Assembly (NCBI GenBank): GCA_964304625.1
Contig: OZ199840.1
Location: 9,594,882-9,658,881 of the forward strand
DNA length: 64,000 nucleotides
Source: Kudoa neothunni
Lineage: Eukaryota > Animalia > Cnidaria
Direction: 5' to 3'
Each line of letters opens with the position of its first letter. Position 1 is the first letter of the stretch. The notes below the pieces were generated by a model, which ran no database searches, was not told where the DNA came from, and saw only the letters and a program-made list of their open reading frames with translations. A program made the position numbers and the translations under genes. Positions 48,480 to 62,603 of the stretch are shown piece by piece.

Positions 48480-50190
48480 AATGCAACATCTCTTGTGTAT
48501 ATGACGTTATTGGCTTCATTTGTATTAAAATTATTATAAATGGTATTTTAACATTTGTATTACATTTTTTAACTTGGTTAATGTATTTTCTCTGCAAACA
48601 CAGAGTAGAAGAGCATTTTAATTCACTTTCTATCATTTGTGAATAATCAAACATAAATACTATGCAAATAACTGCTAATCAACGCACTATGAAATTCCTT
48701 ATTTCTTACAGTAATATTGGTTATATGCGTACTTCTAAGTACATTTCAGAATGATTTTAATGAATAAAATCTCTAAATTTTGGGATAACAAGTGTATACT
48801 AAAAGCTGTATTTAAAAAAAGTTTCTCCATACCACATTCGTACCGCTGCAAACACACACTCCGATAGACATAAGAACTTATAATAGGACTAGCGCGAAAA
48901 TCCCAGCTTTTCTCGGGAGTTTTCCAATTTGAATTAAAAAGAAATATCTTGGAAAATTAAAAAAATATATTAATCCCTATATACAACCCCCGGCTGAAAA
49001 ATATAAACTCATAATTTGCTTATAAATTATCTCTTTGACGATAGAGTTAAATAAATAAAAACCTTGATTTTTGTCGAATCACCCGGATTCGCCTCAATAA
49101 TTGGATCATTTAATTATAAAAATTTTAAAGAATAAAAATAATCTTAATCTTTAAACTGGCCCGTCAATTAGAATTTTAAACGAAAATCTCAATCATAGTG
49201 TCGCCCTTTTGACAATAATATTAATCAAAATAAACAGTTCTATCCCAGAACTCTTCAGTTTCCTCTGAAGTGAAGTTTACCTACATTTAAAGATAAAAAG
49301 TTCTAATAATTCGCGTGACGTATTAATCGCATTTGCCAACCCGACGATTAATCCATTAATCTAAACCTTGTAAGAAGTGCTTCACATAAGGAAAATTTAT
49401 TGATTTCAATTTAGAACAATTCAAAAAATAATAAACATCTCTTTTGCAAAAACTAAAAGTGCAATGTAAGTAATTTTCCACGTAAATTAATCTCCCTTGT
49501 GAATGTCACGTGATAATTAACCAAGCCGTCCCGGCCGACGCAAGCAAAAATTCCATAGAAAGTCTTAACTATGGCAAATAATAAACATAATATCACAACT
49601 GCATAGTTGAAGCAGCTGCGGAAAATAAAAGTTATCTACTCCATCACTTTATTATATTTAAAGTCACATGATGGAATAATCTTGTTATTATCAGCGCTAA
49701 TCTGTCTACAAAAAGTTTACTCCACTGATTCACCACTTTATAAGCAATCAGAAAGCTACATTTTATTTTTGTAGCTAATTTTATATTTTTTAAAATACAA
49801 AAATATTATTAAATGTTAAAAAAGTCTCTGTATACAGAAAAGATTTGTGCACACACAGACATTATAACTTTATATATATATTTTATATGAGCACAATTGT
49901 GTATCAACTTTTTTTATTTTTGTCATGTATTTTATTGTATAAAAATTATAATTATTGAGAAATAATTATTAACTCAATTAAGAAATATTTTTAGCTGAAT
50001 TAAATATATAACAGTTGTTTGACTGCATAATCAATCCCCCCGACAAATTATATGGTCATACAGGAACAAACACCACTGTTGATATTCAGCCTTTCTTGCA
50101 TATTAGTTTCAGTCCCTGGTGACGGCTTTATTTTAGTGTAACAGGTGAATGAAGTGATTGTTACACCCTTGAACATTACAATTCCAAACT
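48480..50190 (-). pseudogene. possible decayed EGF-like/cysteine-repeat gene
   Basis: Recurrent xCxC motifs in exon-sized blocks (GVCSCM, NVCVCTN, FACVGRDG, GVCVCSG, LCVCRE) with stops and frameshifts. Confidence 0.3.
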
Positions 50191-52024
50191 ATTAAATGCA
50201 TTTTAATACATATTTATTTATAATTGCTAAAAATATGTTTACCTTTTGATTTTGGAGTTCATTTTTAACCGTAAATTTGGATATTAAACAGAAGAATATG
50301 GCCCAATCAATCGTTTCTAAATATATCCTAAACGATTAGGAAATTATAGCATTAATATTCTTCTTATGTCATCAATTAAGCTAAAATCGATGATTAGAAT
50401 TAAAATAAAACGTCTACTAACTGCACATAAAAATTAAATATGTTTTATTTCTTATGCAAATTATAGGAACCCGATCTGTTGATCCCACAATTTTACATTT
50501 AAATCGTTTATCATGTTAACACATATTAAGCCATAAATTTCTTAGTTATATTTATTTAATTTAAATGTGAGATTTTTTCTTCTTAAAAATTGATTAGATA
50601 CTTTTTACCACTAAAATAAGGACAAAATTTTTATTAAAATCACACCTGATGGAACCTTAAATTAATTTGCTTATAAAAACATATTAATTAACTCGGTAGT
50701 GGAACTCGGAGAATCGATGGTAAAATCGCAATTATTTCTATTAAATTTTTCAAATTAGGTAAAAATATCGTAGCTGAAAATAAACCATTTTGAGTTCGAA
50801 AAGGAAAAAGCTCAGTTTTTATCTTTTAGAGAGCTATAAAGAAAGCACAGTTTATTAACATTTTACCGGAACCTGTAAACGGTTACGAAATTGGATTAGG
50901 TAAGTTTATTTACTTAACAATTCCAACGTATCATCTGTGTTCTTTCCAGAAACTACAAATTGTATTATTTTAGATATATTTTTAGTTAAAATTATTTTTC
51001 AAATCAAAATAAAATTATTCATGTTTTATAATCTATCCAAAAAATTTAATTCTCAACTTATATTTTACACTTGACATAGAACAATAATTTACATAAACAC
51101 ACCCATCTGAGATATTTGTCACCTAATCAAATGTAAACATTTGCTATAGTGCTATGCTATAAAATGTAGTTTAACATAACAGCGGCTACAGAATCTTCTA
51201 CTGTTGACATTCATATGGTTAATCAACTGGGATCTAATTTTATTTTTGTGTTGAAAAAGCGGGTTTTATCTATTTTAACATTATTTTGACTTTACTAATC
51301 ACTTAATTTCGATTAATGTTAAAGTGTAAAGTTAAATGTTTTCTTATCTTAATTAATCGAAAAATTCTGAAAGATCGTTAAATTATTATTTAATTTAAAT
51401 TATAATTTATACGTAGCTTCATTTAAAGCATAATTTGTCTAATCCATGCATTCGTAGAAAATATTCTAAAAATATTTTATCCTATTTCTGGAGTTCTCAA
51501 ACATACTCCCCTACATTATTTGATTCTAGTAAAAATATTTTATTTGGATGAAAATATGCTCTTCATATCAGAATTGGTGGTACCATCGTGCGCATGCACT
51601 GAACATTTTCACTCAAAAGTGACAAATCACCTGACAGACCGTAGCTAATATTTTATTTTATATTTCTAACAATATTAACAATGATACCTTAGTTTGATAA
51701 ATTTTCTCCAGGTTATACGTTAACAATAAAGGTGTCTAAATTTTAAAATACTATAATAATCAATAATAAATCACTGTTCTTATGAATTATAACTTTGTTT
51801 TTAAAATTTATAACGGTTTAGAGTAATTTTAATTAAAAAACAATATATTCTAAGGCGATCGTAACTTGGAATTGTTATTTTAAAAAACAGAATAATATGA
51901 GTCATACATAAATCATTAATTGATTTAATTAATATTTCTAGTACCATATTCAATGAAATAAAATCACATGTGATTAATTTTAATATCATGTTTTATCAAT
52001 TTCACATTATTTAAGCTTCCTAAT

Positions 52025-52059
52025 AATAATCATATCAAATTATATTTGATATGATTATT
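52025..52059. repeat. perfect 16-bp AT-rich inverted repeat, 3-nt spacer
   Basis: AATAATCATATCAAAT-TAT-ATTTGATATGATTATT. Confidence 0.85.
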
Positions 52060-52838
52060 GACATGTAGATTAATGACGACATAATAAAAACAACATTATG
52101 AGTTTTTCAATGTTAATGCTATTTCGATAATAATAATAAAAGTGAATAGCGGTTTATATTTTTTAGTCTTATATCTACATTAACATACACAACGATTGTT
52201 ATTTTCAGGGCAATTGAGGTCTCCAGTAATTATTTTAACAAATTCAAATGAATAGAGGAAAGAAAAATTTACTAACTAGCGCTAATGCCCAGTTTTGCTG
52301 ATACTATATGATGGAAAACTTTAACTCTTAGTTTTATTTTTGAATTAAGAAATTCTACGAAAGATTTAATCTTATTAGCACGTAAAACCCTGAAAATATA
52401 ATTTTTCTATTTTAATTGTTGCATTTTAAATCTTTTCATTATTTGTATAATGTGATATTTTAGATAAACAAAATTATGCAAGCACTTTCCATTCAAACAT
52501 AAATAGATATATTGAAGGAAATTAATGAGTATTTTTAAATTTGTTTTATAAATTATTGACCAAAAATATAATAACCATAATTATATGAGTAATGTAATTA
52601 ACGATTAAAGTTCATATATTCATTAAACAAAATCATTTGGAACTTAAATAGGACTTTCAGTTCTTTTCAAAATTTTGCGATAAAAATTATTCCTTCTGGT
52701 TATTAAATGTATTATTAGTCTACAAACGATAAGAAAAAATTAAAAACAACCTAAGATGCGTCAGTAATGAAAATATTAATTGTTAATCCATTATTTGGCA
52801 AGTTTATAAATGTTTTAAAAAGCTGTGAGTATTAACTT

Positions 52839-55800
52839 GGCTGTGTCTATTTTGCCGGACGCGCTTTTTCTCTTAAAATAATAATTCAATCGCTACAATT
52901 TTTTCCTAAAAATATCTTTTATAAATGCAGAATATAAATTTAGTTTCATTTATCTTTTAATTAATAATTAGGTATCAACATACATTGAGGATATTTTAAA
53001 CTCATTCATAAGTTTCATTATAAATGACATTAAATTTTTATAAATCTGTATTATTTATACAATTAATCTAATTTTATGTGTTATAACAGCATAAACGAGT
53101 AAAATACCCTCTAGCGTGCGGTTGTAACTTTGATAGTCGCGAGTAGAATCACTATGGAAGGAGAGTCTGATCAAACACTACTAATTCAGGATATTACATC
53201 TGAACCTATGGTCGGAAATGCATTTACAAACTTTGAAAAGGCTAAAGAATTCATGGATAAGTACTCAAAGCGGAACAACTTTTGTTACTGGGTCCGAGAC
53301 TCTAGAAAAATCTCAACTGCCCTAAAAAAATTTGATAGAGACATGAACTCTGATCTTGTTTATTATGAAGCCACTTTTTGTTGTGTTCATGGTGGTAAAA
53401 ATGTAATTATCTATATAAAAATTGATGTAATTAATTTGAATTCAGATACAATCTAAAAGTGCTGGGAAGAGAAAAATCAACAGCCATAAAAGTGGTTGCA
53501 ATTTCTTCATTACACTGCGAGTTCCTAAAAACATGAATATGTTAGTTATTAGAAAATTGGATCTTACTCACAGCTGCAACAGAAATGAGCATTTTAGGGA
53601 TTTTTTACCAATGAATAGAAAATTAGATGAAGAAAGCAAGAATCTTATAAAAAATGTTCATTTTTATGATGGAAATTTAAAAAGAGTACAAGTAGAAATC
53701 ATGAACCAATCACAAAAAAAGGTTTCGTTGAAGCAAATCCATAATTATATCCAAACATTGAAAAAAAATGTTTCGTCGGATATTTCGGAATTGTTTAATT
53801 CAATAAAAAATTCTCACCCAAATGCAACTATCGAAATATTGCACAATAACTCCAATGAAATGACTGGAATATTTTTCCAAGACCTTTATATGAAAAACGT
53901 TATTAAAAAATTTCCCGAACTAGTATTTATGGATGCCACTTATAAATTAATCAATAATCGTATGCCATTGTATATATGTCTGTTTATCGATTCATTTGGG
54001 CAAAGTCAAATAGGAGCTATTGCTCTTTTATCTGAGGAGAGTACCGTGGCTGTTACCTGGTTATGTCAGTCTCTACTTAAACATAACGAGGAAATGTCAA
54101 CCAAAACAGTTTGTTTCATTACGGATAAAGACATGATTGAAAGAAACTCTATAAGATCTATATTTCCTAACGTAAGTACAAACTTATGCCTGTACCATGT
54201 CTTAAGAACATTTGGGAGAGAAATCTCTACATTAAGAATGGGAATAAACAAAGCCGAAAGAAAAACTGCCTTAGAGTTGATTCAAAAGCTTTGCTATACC
54301 AATGATCCAAAAATTTATGAAAATTACCATGAATTGTTAAATAATACATGTAACAAAAAAATCATTACTTATTATAATAAATCTTGGGATCCAATCAAAC
54401 ATGAATGGTGCCCGGCATACATGAACCTAAAGGGTACTTTTTTAAATAGAACAAATAATCGATTAGAATGCATAAATTCCAAAATTAAACAAATCATAAA
54501 AAAATTCTCAACAATTGAAGTCTTTTTCAGCGATCTGCTTATTTATTTATCTATCAAGTATGAGGACTGAGCGTGAGAATAAAGCAGTTAGAGAGTGGAC
54601 AACCCAAACTGTTGAGAAATTAAATTCAGACATTAACGAACAATATAAAACATTGTTGACTTCATATGCGTATAATATTATGCAAGATGAAATAAATAAT
54701 CATATCGAATCCTATGCCAATCCTGATCCCAATAGTTGTACATGTTGTTTCTACGTAAGTATGGAGTCACCATGTAGGCATATTATTTACGCTAGAAAAA
54801 TAATGAACATGAATTTATATGAAGAGAAAATTTGTAATAAGAGGTGGCACAAAGAATATTACCTGTCATTTATTCAAATGAACAAAAATTTATATCTTCA
54901 AAATCCTTCGTGTTGTGTGCAACCAAGTATTACAGAAATTTCGAGTCAGTGCCCTGTTCCGAATTCTGCTTTTAGGCGATACAGGGAGCTAGAAATTCTT
55001 TGTAAGAAAATAGCTTCGCTAGGGTCTGAAAAAACAGGGAGTCAATATGATTCATTAAAAAAGATTTTAGGTGAATTAATCTCTCTTATTTCCAATGAGG
55101 ATTCTCTGGATAAGGTGACTATTTTTTCCACTATTCATATATCAACATAATTCAGTTCAAGTTGACGTCTGAATTTTTCGTCGAAAACAATCAAGAGATT
55201 TTAATCTCAACACGTTATTAATGATAGTGTCTTTAGTAAAATTTTTATTTTGTGTTTAGATATTGAGGAATCATGAATAGAGAATGAGGATATACTAGAA
55301 ACAGTTAATGATAATGTTCCACCATCAATAACTGATATGGAGATCCTTAATATTGTATATGATACCACAACTAAAAATCCATCTTTGGAGGGTGTGTATC
55401 TTTTGTCCATTTTGCTAAATTCATAAAATTATAAGAATTAAACTGCCAACAGTAGTGAAATTGAGAGGTAGACCAAAAGGTGTATTTCAAACAGTTGTAG
55501 GTTTGAGAAAAAAAAGATAATTATGATAATGATGATAGTAGTAATAATAACAACACCAATATCGATATATTATATTCAAATATAATTTTATGTGGAAGTT
55601 AAACAGTCACAATTATTTGGCGTTGCAATACAAGATAATTTCAAACATTTATTATTTAAAGTAGAATACTCAACATTTTATTAAATTTTAGTGGTGTATC
55701 AATCATCTGATAAAAACATTTACCTAATTATAAAAATTTTAAATACGAATTGGCCAAATAGTTTTACTTTACTGTATTTTCATTTGGATATTATGGATGC

Positions 55801-55944
55801 AAATTAGCTATGTTAAAATTCGTCACTGAATTAATGACACTAAATTTATATTCTGCATTTATAAAAGATATTTTTAGGAAAAAATTGTAGCGATTGAATT
55901 ATTATTTTAAGAGAAAAAGCGCGTCCGGCAAAATAGACACTGCC
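52839..55944 (+). mobile_element. full-length Mutator-like (MULE) DNA transposon
   Basis: Near-identical ~110-bp TIRs (GGCWGTGTCTATTTTGCCGGACGCGC...), perfect 9-bp TSD TATTAACTT (52830-52838, 55945-55953), internal transposase. Confidence 0.97.
53154..55520 (+). pseudogene. intron-containing MULE transposase (FAR1/ZSWIM3-like N-terminus, DDE core, SWIM finger, RGRP motif), inactivated
   Basis: FMDATYK, FITDKD, CLYH, TNNRLE, CTC...PCRH and KLRGRPKG; intron 53403-53445 restores frame; TATC duplication at 54548-54555 shifts frame; probable TGA at ~55274. Confidence 0.9.
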
Positions 55945-58273
55945 TATTAACTTACGTATTCATTATTTTAGCATAATTTCCCAATTTTTAGATAAATAAA
56001 ACCTTTTTTAACCAAGATACATAAATTAAATTAACAAAATACGATTAAATCTAAAATATGAAGGTGGTTTTGTTTTTAAAAATTACAGTAATGCTTAAAT
56101 ATCGATTGGTTTTCTTGAGGGAATGCACCCTTTTATAAATTAACGTTCTGTTTGATTGCCCTAAAAAATTTCTTCGTAATGAACTATTCTTTGAATAACA
56201 ATAACTTTGTGAAAATATCTGTTAAAACGAATAAACCAACAATTTCTTATTAACTTACATGGCACGTATTGAGATTGAAAGGGGATTGTATTTTTGAAAA
56301 AGTAATCTTGAATATAAATTCTTAAACTACGTATAGAATGAGGTGTCGCATATTTCCATGCAGCTTTTATAACATAATGAATTATTTTTAGCGAAAAAAG
56401 AATTTATATATTGATTTGAATATTAACCTTAAAGCCTGGGATAAGGAATAATTAGGTTACTACGAACCTAAACATTATTTAAAAAATTGTCTCATCAAAT
56501 ATAGAAACTTATCGAATTAGTTATGCCAGCTGTTTTGTGAGAATGTTTAGGAAACCCAAAAAATGAGTAAAAACTTATCGAAAAGACGAATATAGTTTCA
56601 AACTTAATCGATATATTTGGTAAAAAGAAATTTTCACATCTCAAGAATTCCAATGGAGTATAATTTTCATTCAAGAAGTTATCACAAAAATTAAATTATT
56701 TGAAAACTCTACACACATCTTACATCGTTTTTAGAATGCATATAGAGACCTAAATTATTCCAACATGACAACAACTTGTAATCTCAAATTCTGTGTTTTA
56801 TTTAAAATGATCGTAATCTTTTTCACTTAAAATGTATCTTCAGAGTTTGAAAAATAACAATACATCCTAAAAAATCTGGTTAATCTTCAAATTTTAAGGG
56901 AAATGCATCAACTCTTGTAAATGTGACGTTAATAGTTTTATTTATCTTAAAATTACTCCAAACAGGCATTTATAACATTTTTAAAACGTTATATATAATA
57001 ATTAAAAGATTCTCTTTGCATATAATTCTATACAAATACAAAATTTTTTGGTTTTCAAGTTTTTATTATAACAACATTTTTACTTTTATCAAATGCTATA
57101 CTAAACACACATACAAGAATTCCTCCTAAAAAGTGATAACTTACTATAATCTATCTTAAGATATTTTCCTATTGAAGTTAAATGTTGATCTAAAATATGA
57201 TATTGATTAATTTTTAAATAACTCATCAGCTCCAATAAAATCAAGAAAATATATTTAGAGACCAGTTCAATGTTAGTTGAAAACAGATGGAGATTACACA
57301 TGTATCCGTCTGCGTTCGTAAGGAAAATTCTTAAAATTTGATAGCTATTATTTTGAGCTGTGTATTAGCTCTCCATATTCTTTTATTTCATTATCAAGAA
57401 TAGTGGTAAAAGAAACGCGAAAAAACGTGCGCAAAAGGACGTTTTTTAGGTAACGCATACTTTATCATTACCTGATATTTTATTGTGGGCCTAATGAATA
57501 TTGCAAACCTAATATTTTTTTGTACTATCCAATGATGAAATGCGTAAAGATTTATAAAAATGGAAGAATAATTTTAAAAAGCTAATTCAAAGATATCTTG
57601 ATACATTTTAATGTAATTTGACACACTATTCTTTATTATACACTGGTTTTAAGAAAATAAATTTTATTGGTATTGGGGCAACCCTATTATTGTTTACCAA
57701 ACTTATTTGAGCTACGATCACGCGCGAAACGCACATGATGTATTTTTGAGAGAAGTTCCTATTACATAGATTTGGTATATTACGCAAAAAGTATGTAATG
57801 CCTTAAAATTTTTTCATTGAATCATAATATGAGAAATCCTAGTATATACTGAGGTTATCAAAAAGTATTGCAGTTCCGCATTTCCTATGCAAGAACCACC
57901 ATTGAATAACACATCCAAATGAAATGAGAGTGCATTATTTTGTCACGAATGTAAAAAAATATTCCTAGGAAATAAAGTCGAATCTGTGTTCAATTGTAAC
58001 ATCGTATTTCAGCTAAAATGTGTGACATTTTAGTTTTAAACGACAAAAAAATAAAATCGTCTGTGGAAGTAATTAAAGTTTATTATTTTTAGAAATTCTT
58101 CTCAATAAACTGACTGTTTATTAAATGTTAATTGTTACGTCTTGTCCCTAAAAAAATCGTGTTTTTTAATTTTTCTACGCATGTAACATTGAAGAAAGAG
58201 CATAAAAATAAGTTTTTAAAGATATAAAATAATCAGTTAATAATTTAAAAGAGAAATATAGTATGCAATTTTT

Positions 58274-60297
58274 TCATAGATCCCTCTCAACGTTATGCTT
58301 TTTAACAATTCTGTAATTGACGAAAACCATCACCAAAGAAACCATTAAAATTCCAACCAGCGGTAAAATGGCGTAAAATGTTATTTTTAGCGAGAAATTG
58401 GTTCTAAAATTCATCACGAAATTAAGCTTACTCTGCTCAAAAATAATGATGGATTCAATCTTTGGAGAGATTCTATCAGAACTAATTGATTTCAGAATAG
58501 TGTCTTCATCTTTTTCAATTAATGATGACTCTCTTTTAATATTTTTAATTTAACTTGAAATTTAATATATTCACGTTGTTTCATATGTAGTTGTTTCCAG
58601 TATAGCGGAAGTAAAAAATTCATCAATAGTGGGAGTAAAAAGTTCGTCAATGGTGGGAGTAAAAAGTTCATCAATAGTGGGAGTAAAAAGTTCGTCAATA
58701 GTGGGAGTAAAAAGTTCGTCAATAGTGGGAGTAAAAAGTTCGTCAATAGTGGGAGTAAAAAGTTCGTCAATAGTGGGAGTAAAAAGTTCGTCAATAGTGG
58801 GAGTAAAAAGTTCGTCAATAGTGGGAGTAAAAAGTTCGTCAATAGTGGGAGTAAAAAGTTCATCAATAGTGGGAAGAACAGTTTGAACCCTCGTTAATTC
58901 TCTAGTCATTATTTCAGAAGATAGAACCTCCCTTAACTAGGCTATACAAACTTGAAACTAGATATTTTATTTACGTCGTTATCTCTTCGCCGCCAGGCCA
59001 TATAGATCCAAACATAGGATCAAAGAATATATATTCACATTCGGGTACGTAGGGATAATATGAACTATAAAAATGTTTATTCCTATTATTTCCAATAATA
59101 AAATACAATTTTTCCAAAGATATATATATATTTTTATCCGCTAACTTTTCTTCGGTTGTTAATTTTAATAAAGTATTCATAAAAAAGCATTCCTTGTTTA
59201 GATTTATCATATCCTAAAAATGTAACGCTAATGCTGTTATGAAACAATTGTTACCGGTTTTGTGTGGATTTTTTGTTTTTCACATTTTTCAGTGACGATA
59301 CGAGTAATTATTTTATTCATACGCTTACTGTCAGACTCAATAAGGTTCATCATTGGATTGTATATCTGAATAAAATTTAGTAATTAAATAACTATTTCAG
59401 TAAGACTATTAATCCTCGTTTTTCCTGGGAAAAGAATGGCTTTTTTATTTGAGAAAAATTGCAGTTTTTATTATTGCCACAAATTTCGTCGTCGTTGAAA
59501 ATTGAATTGATCAATTGAATGCACTTTTTGAGTTTGAATTTTCCTATAAACCTTGCTGTATATTCTTTTAAAGGCTTTGACCTGCAGCCATCATTGGTTC
59601 GTGTACTAGACCATTGATAAGTATATCCTTTGATCGCACATGGATGGAATATTGGTTTTGATAAATCCGCATTTAAAGCTTCCGCATTCTAATAATTATA
59701 CTTAAATATGTTTAATAAAAATATCAAGGTATTCTACTTACTTTTATCAATGCATAATGCGTTTCCCATAAGATAATATCCGCACTCAAACAAATAAACT
59801 CATTCACAATAGCGGTGTACGGTCTATCATGAATGGAGAATTTTTTCACAAACCATTCATGATACAAATAAGGATGTTTTGTGAAAAATCCTACGAAAAA
59901 AATCGATTCAGATATATACACAAACGGCTCTTGAGCTAAAAACTTGAAGCCAATTAGGTTATTTCCTTCTATAACAAAAATTACCGTTGTATCACAATCG
60001 TAATTATGTTTTATCAATTTAATTAATGCGGCTGTCCTCTTGTCAACAATCTCCTGTTTTTTCAAAGTTAACTGCATATTATCATTAGAGGTTATATGAC
60101 TGGAATCAGATTTTAAGATCTCACTAATTTGACTGTCACTAATCCTTAAAAAAATAATAAAGTTTTTAACTTTTTGAAATATATGTACTTTATTGAGGGT
60201 GAATATATGAGGAAAACGTCGATTTCGTATGTCGTATCGGAATTCCAGCCGCACTTTTTAAAAGCTTTTTTTAAACAAGTATATTCGTTTCCCATCC
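58274..60297 (-). CDS. uncharacterised single-pass membrane protein (copy B) with Thr/Pro/acidic repeat stalk, multi-exon
   Basis: Exons splice without stops: Cys-containing ectodomain, IFFDPMFGSIW, (PTIDELFT)x11, TM FYAILPLVGILMVSLVMVFV and a short basic tail. 60297 is an acceptor, so a 5' exon may be missing. Confidence 0.75.
58610..58873 (-). repeat. 24-bp coding minisatellite x11 (PTIDELFT)
   Basis: Near-identical head-to-tail GTAAAAAGTTCGTCAATAGTGGGA units with no spacers. Confidence 0.97.
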
Positions 60298-60954
60298 CTA
60301 TGTATGTTTATGTATATATATTTCACGAAACACCAGATATTTTAATTTAATTTAAATGTGATAACATGCTTATATTTAGTTATTGTAGAAGTTCTTGATC
60401 AAACTACAATACTTATTTGAATACATAAGACAAAGAATATTAATTTGAATTTATTCTTGAAATATAACTTTACTCTAGTTTCAAATAAACATCAAACAAT
60501 ATAGTTGTATATCAAGTTTTTATATAAATATTATATAAAAAGAAACTGTGAACTGGAAAATATTTTATTCTATCATAAATGAAAAATGTCTTGTAGAAAT
60601 CATCCAAACACGTCGTAATCATAAAAATAATGGCTAAATGATGACAGATAAAGAACTTACACCTTTTAGGCCATCGGATATTATTGGTCATCAATTAGAT
60701 TTTGGAATAAATGGCATTTAGTAAGAATAATTGTTTAAAATTAAAAACAAACCATAAAGGTTTTAGGTAATGATAAACTGTGTGACAACAAAAAATCAAC
60801 ATTATCGCGACTTTTTGTCGCTTTAATTTTTTAACTGTTATTTTCTACAGAAAAGCATTTGGGGAAATGAAAAACCAAATAAAGATAAGTAGTTCAAAAT
60901 TCGCATATATTCCTTGGTATAATCTTCCTGTTGATCATTTAAGCTTTTATGTAT

Positions 60955-61441
60955 TGTATAAAAGGTAAAACCCTGGCGCAACATATTAGGTTGTGGAGTT
61001 ACGACTGATTAGGCCACCCCCTTAACGCTGTAGGCCCAGCAGAATGAACAACATATATTCCCATGCCTCTTATCTTTCTGAGGTAGTGGGGGAGTTTAAC
61101 CCATACAAATATCTTATTTTCGGGTCAATCACCACCCCAATTTCTATCCATAATTCCATGTTTCCATAATTAATTCCATAAGGACTTTGGCTCTACAGAG
61201 AATTCAAGCCTGCTAGTGCATCCCCGACGATTCAAATGTCTAACTCAGCCTCCTTTGCTAGAGTGAACTATACCTAAAGGCAAAATCACATCTATAATGC
61301 AATCGTAATTTAATAACAGCTCCCATTACGGATGGCGATAATACACTTGTAAGGAATCAGTAGACTCATTAGCGACGGGAATCGAACCAAGTACCTCGGG
61401 GTATTGAGTCCAGTCACCTCACCAATGGGTTAGGTGAGTCC
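60955..61441 (-). mobile_element. tRNA-derived SINE-like element (copy 2, divergent)
   Basis: Minus-strand head GGACTCA...TGAGTCT with A-box-like TAACCCATTGG and B box GGTTCGATTCC; core and tail blocks shared with 396-923. Confidence 0.7.
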
Positions 61442-62603
61442 ATTCAACTAAGCTGGTTTATAAAATAATGACCGTTGGTTTTTTTAATGATAACTCCAAT
61501 TTTTTTTCACTTGTCAGAAAATATATCTTGATTATAATATTTGATGCATCTAACTAACCACAAATTATAAGAACTCAAGTAATCAAAGACGATGATCATT
61601 TTTATATAATTATAAACGAGTTTACAGTATTTTTTGATTTCTAAACGAATAAAAGTATAATGAGTTAAAAACGTGTGAGTTGTGACAATTGTATGAGCTT
61701 CAACTTGCTTCGATTATGTATGCGCCATTCCAGTGAATGATAGCCCATAACATCGATGGGAGCATTAGGACGAAATAACAAGTACGATAACTATCAAAAT
61801 TTCCGAATAAAGAATTCCATTTATTTCTCTACCCATTCATTAAATATTAAATACAGTTCGTCTCACATATCTGTTTTAATCATATAAAGCAATTTTTTAT
61901 GTAATGATATCAATTGTCTCATTTCTCCTCAAAATTTATTTCTAACAATTATTCAATGTATTTTGAAATGCAATAAATATTCTCGCATAATTTTAAATTT
62001 TGGAAATGATTAACTTAATTTTATATTGTTATATTTAAATTATGCGGTATGGTTTATTTATTTAGATTTATATTGATTAGTATAATTAATTTTTATTACG
62101 AATAATATAAGGTATCTTCAATGATTTATAGCTCGTTAGAAATTAATAAATCGTTCAAACATTAAAATAAAGAATTGGAGAATCAATAAATTACGTTAAA
62201 CATAAATTATATTAAATTTGAAGTGGTAGATTCTTTAATAAATGAAATATGTTAGTCTAAGTCTACTGTATTAATATTTAAATTAATAATGTATTTAATA
62301 TATTCAAAGTAAATTAAATATGAAAATTAAAACATTACATAATAGGCAACCCATTTTGTACAATCCCACTCGAACCATTGAAAAAGTATGTATAATCAAT
62401 TGCAACCAATTTTGCGTATGCACATAATAATTAATATCCCATTTTGGGAACGTAAAAGAAAAAATTGTCACTCATTATATCGAAAAAATACAAATGAATA
62501 AAATTTCTATGTCTGCAAAAAAAACAAATGATTCTTAGTGTCTATTTTGAAAAAAAGTCAGTTATTTTGGATTGTGTCATATTTGGACCCACTATAACAA
62601 ATA

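Noticed and set aside
56330-57960. Further piggyBac fragments (YWS, KYLKID, CHECKK)
   Set aside because: Probably transposon debris but too decayed to delimit.
58610-58873. CRISPR-like array
   Set aside because: Head-to-tail repeats with no unique spacers, inside a eukaryotic exon; the other two long ORFs over it are by-products of a stop-free unit.
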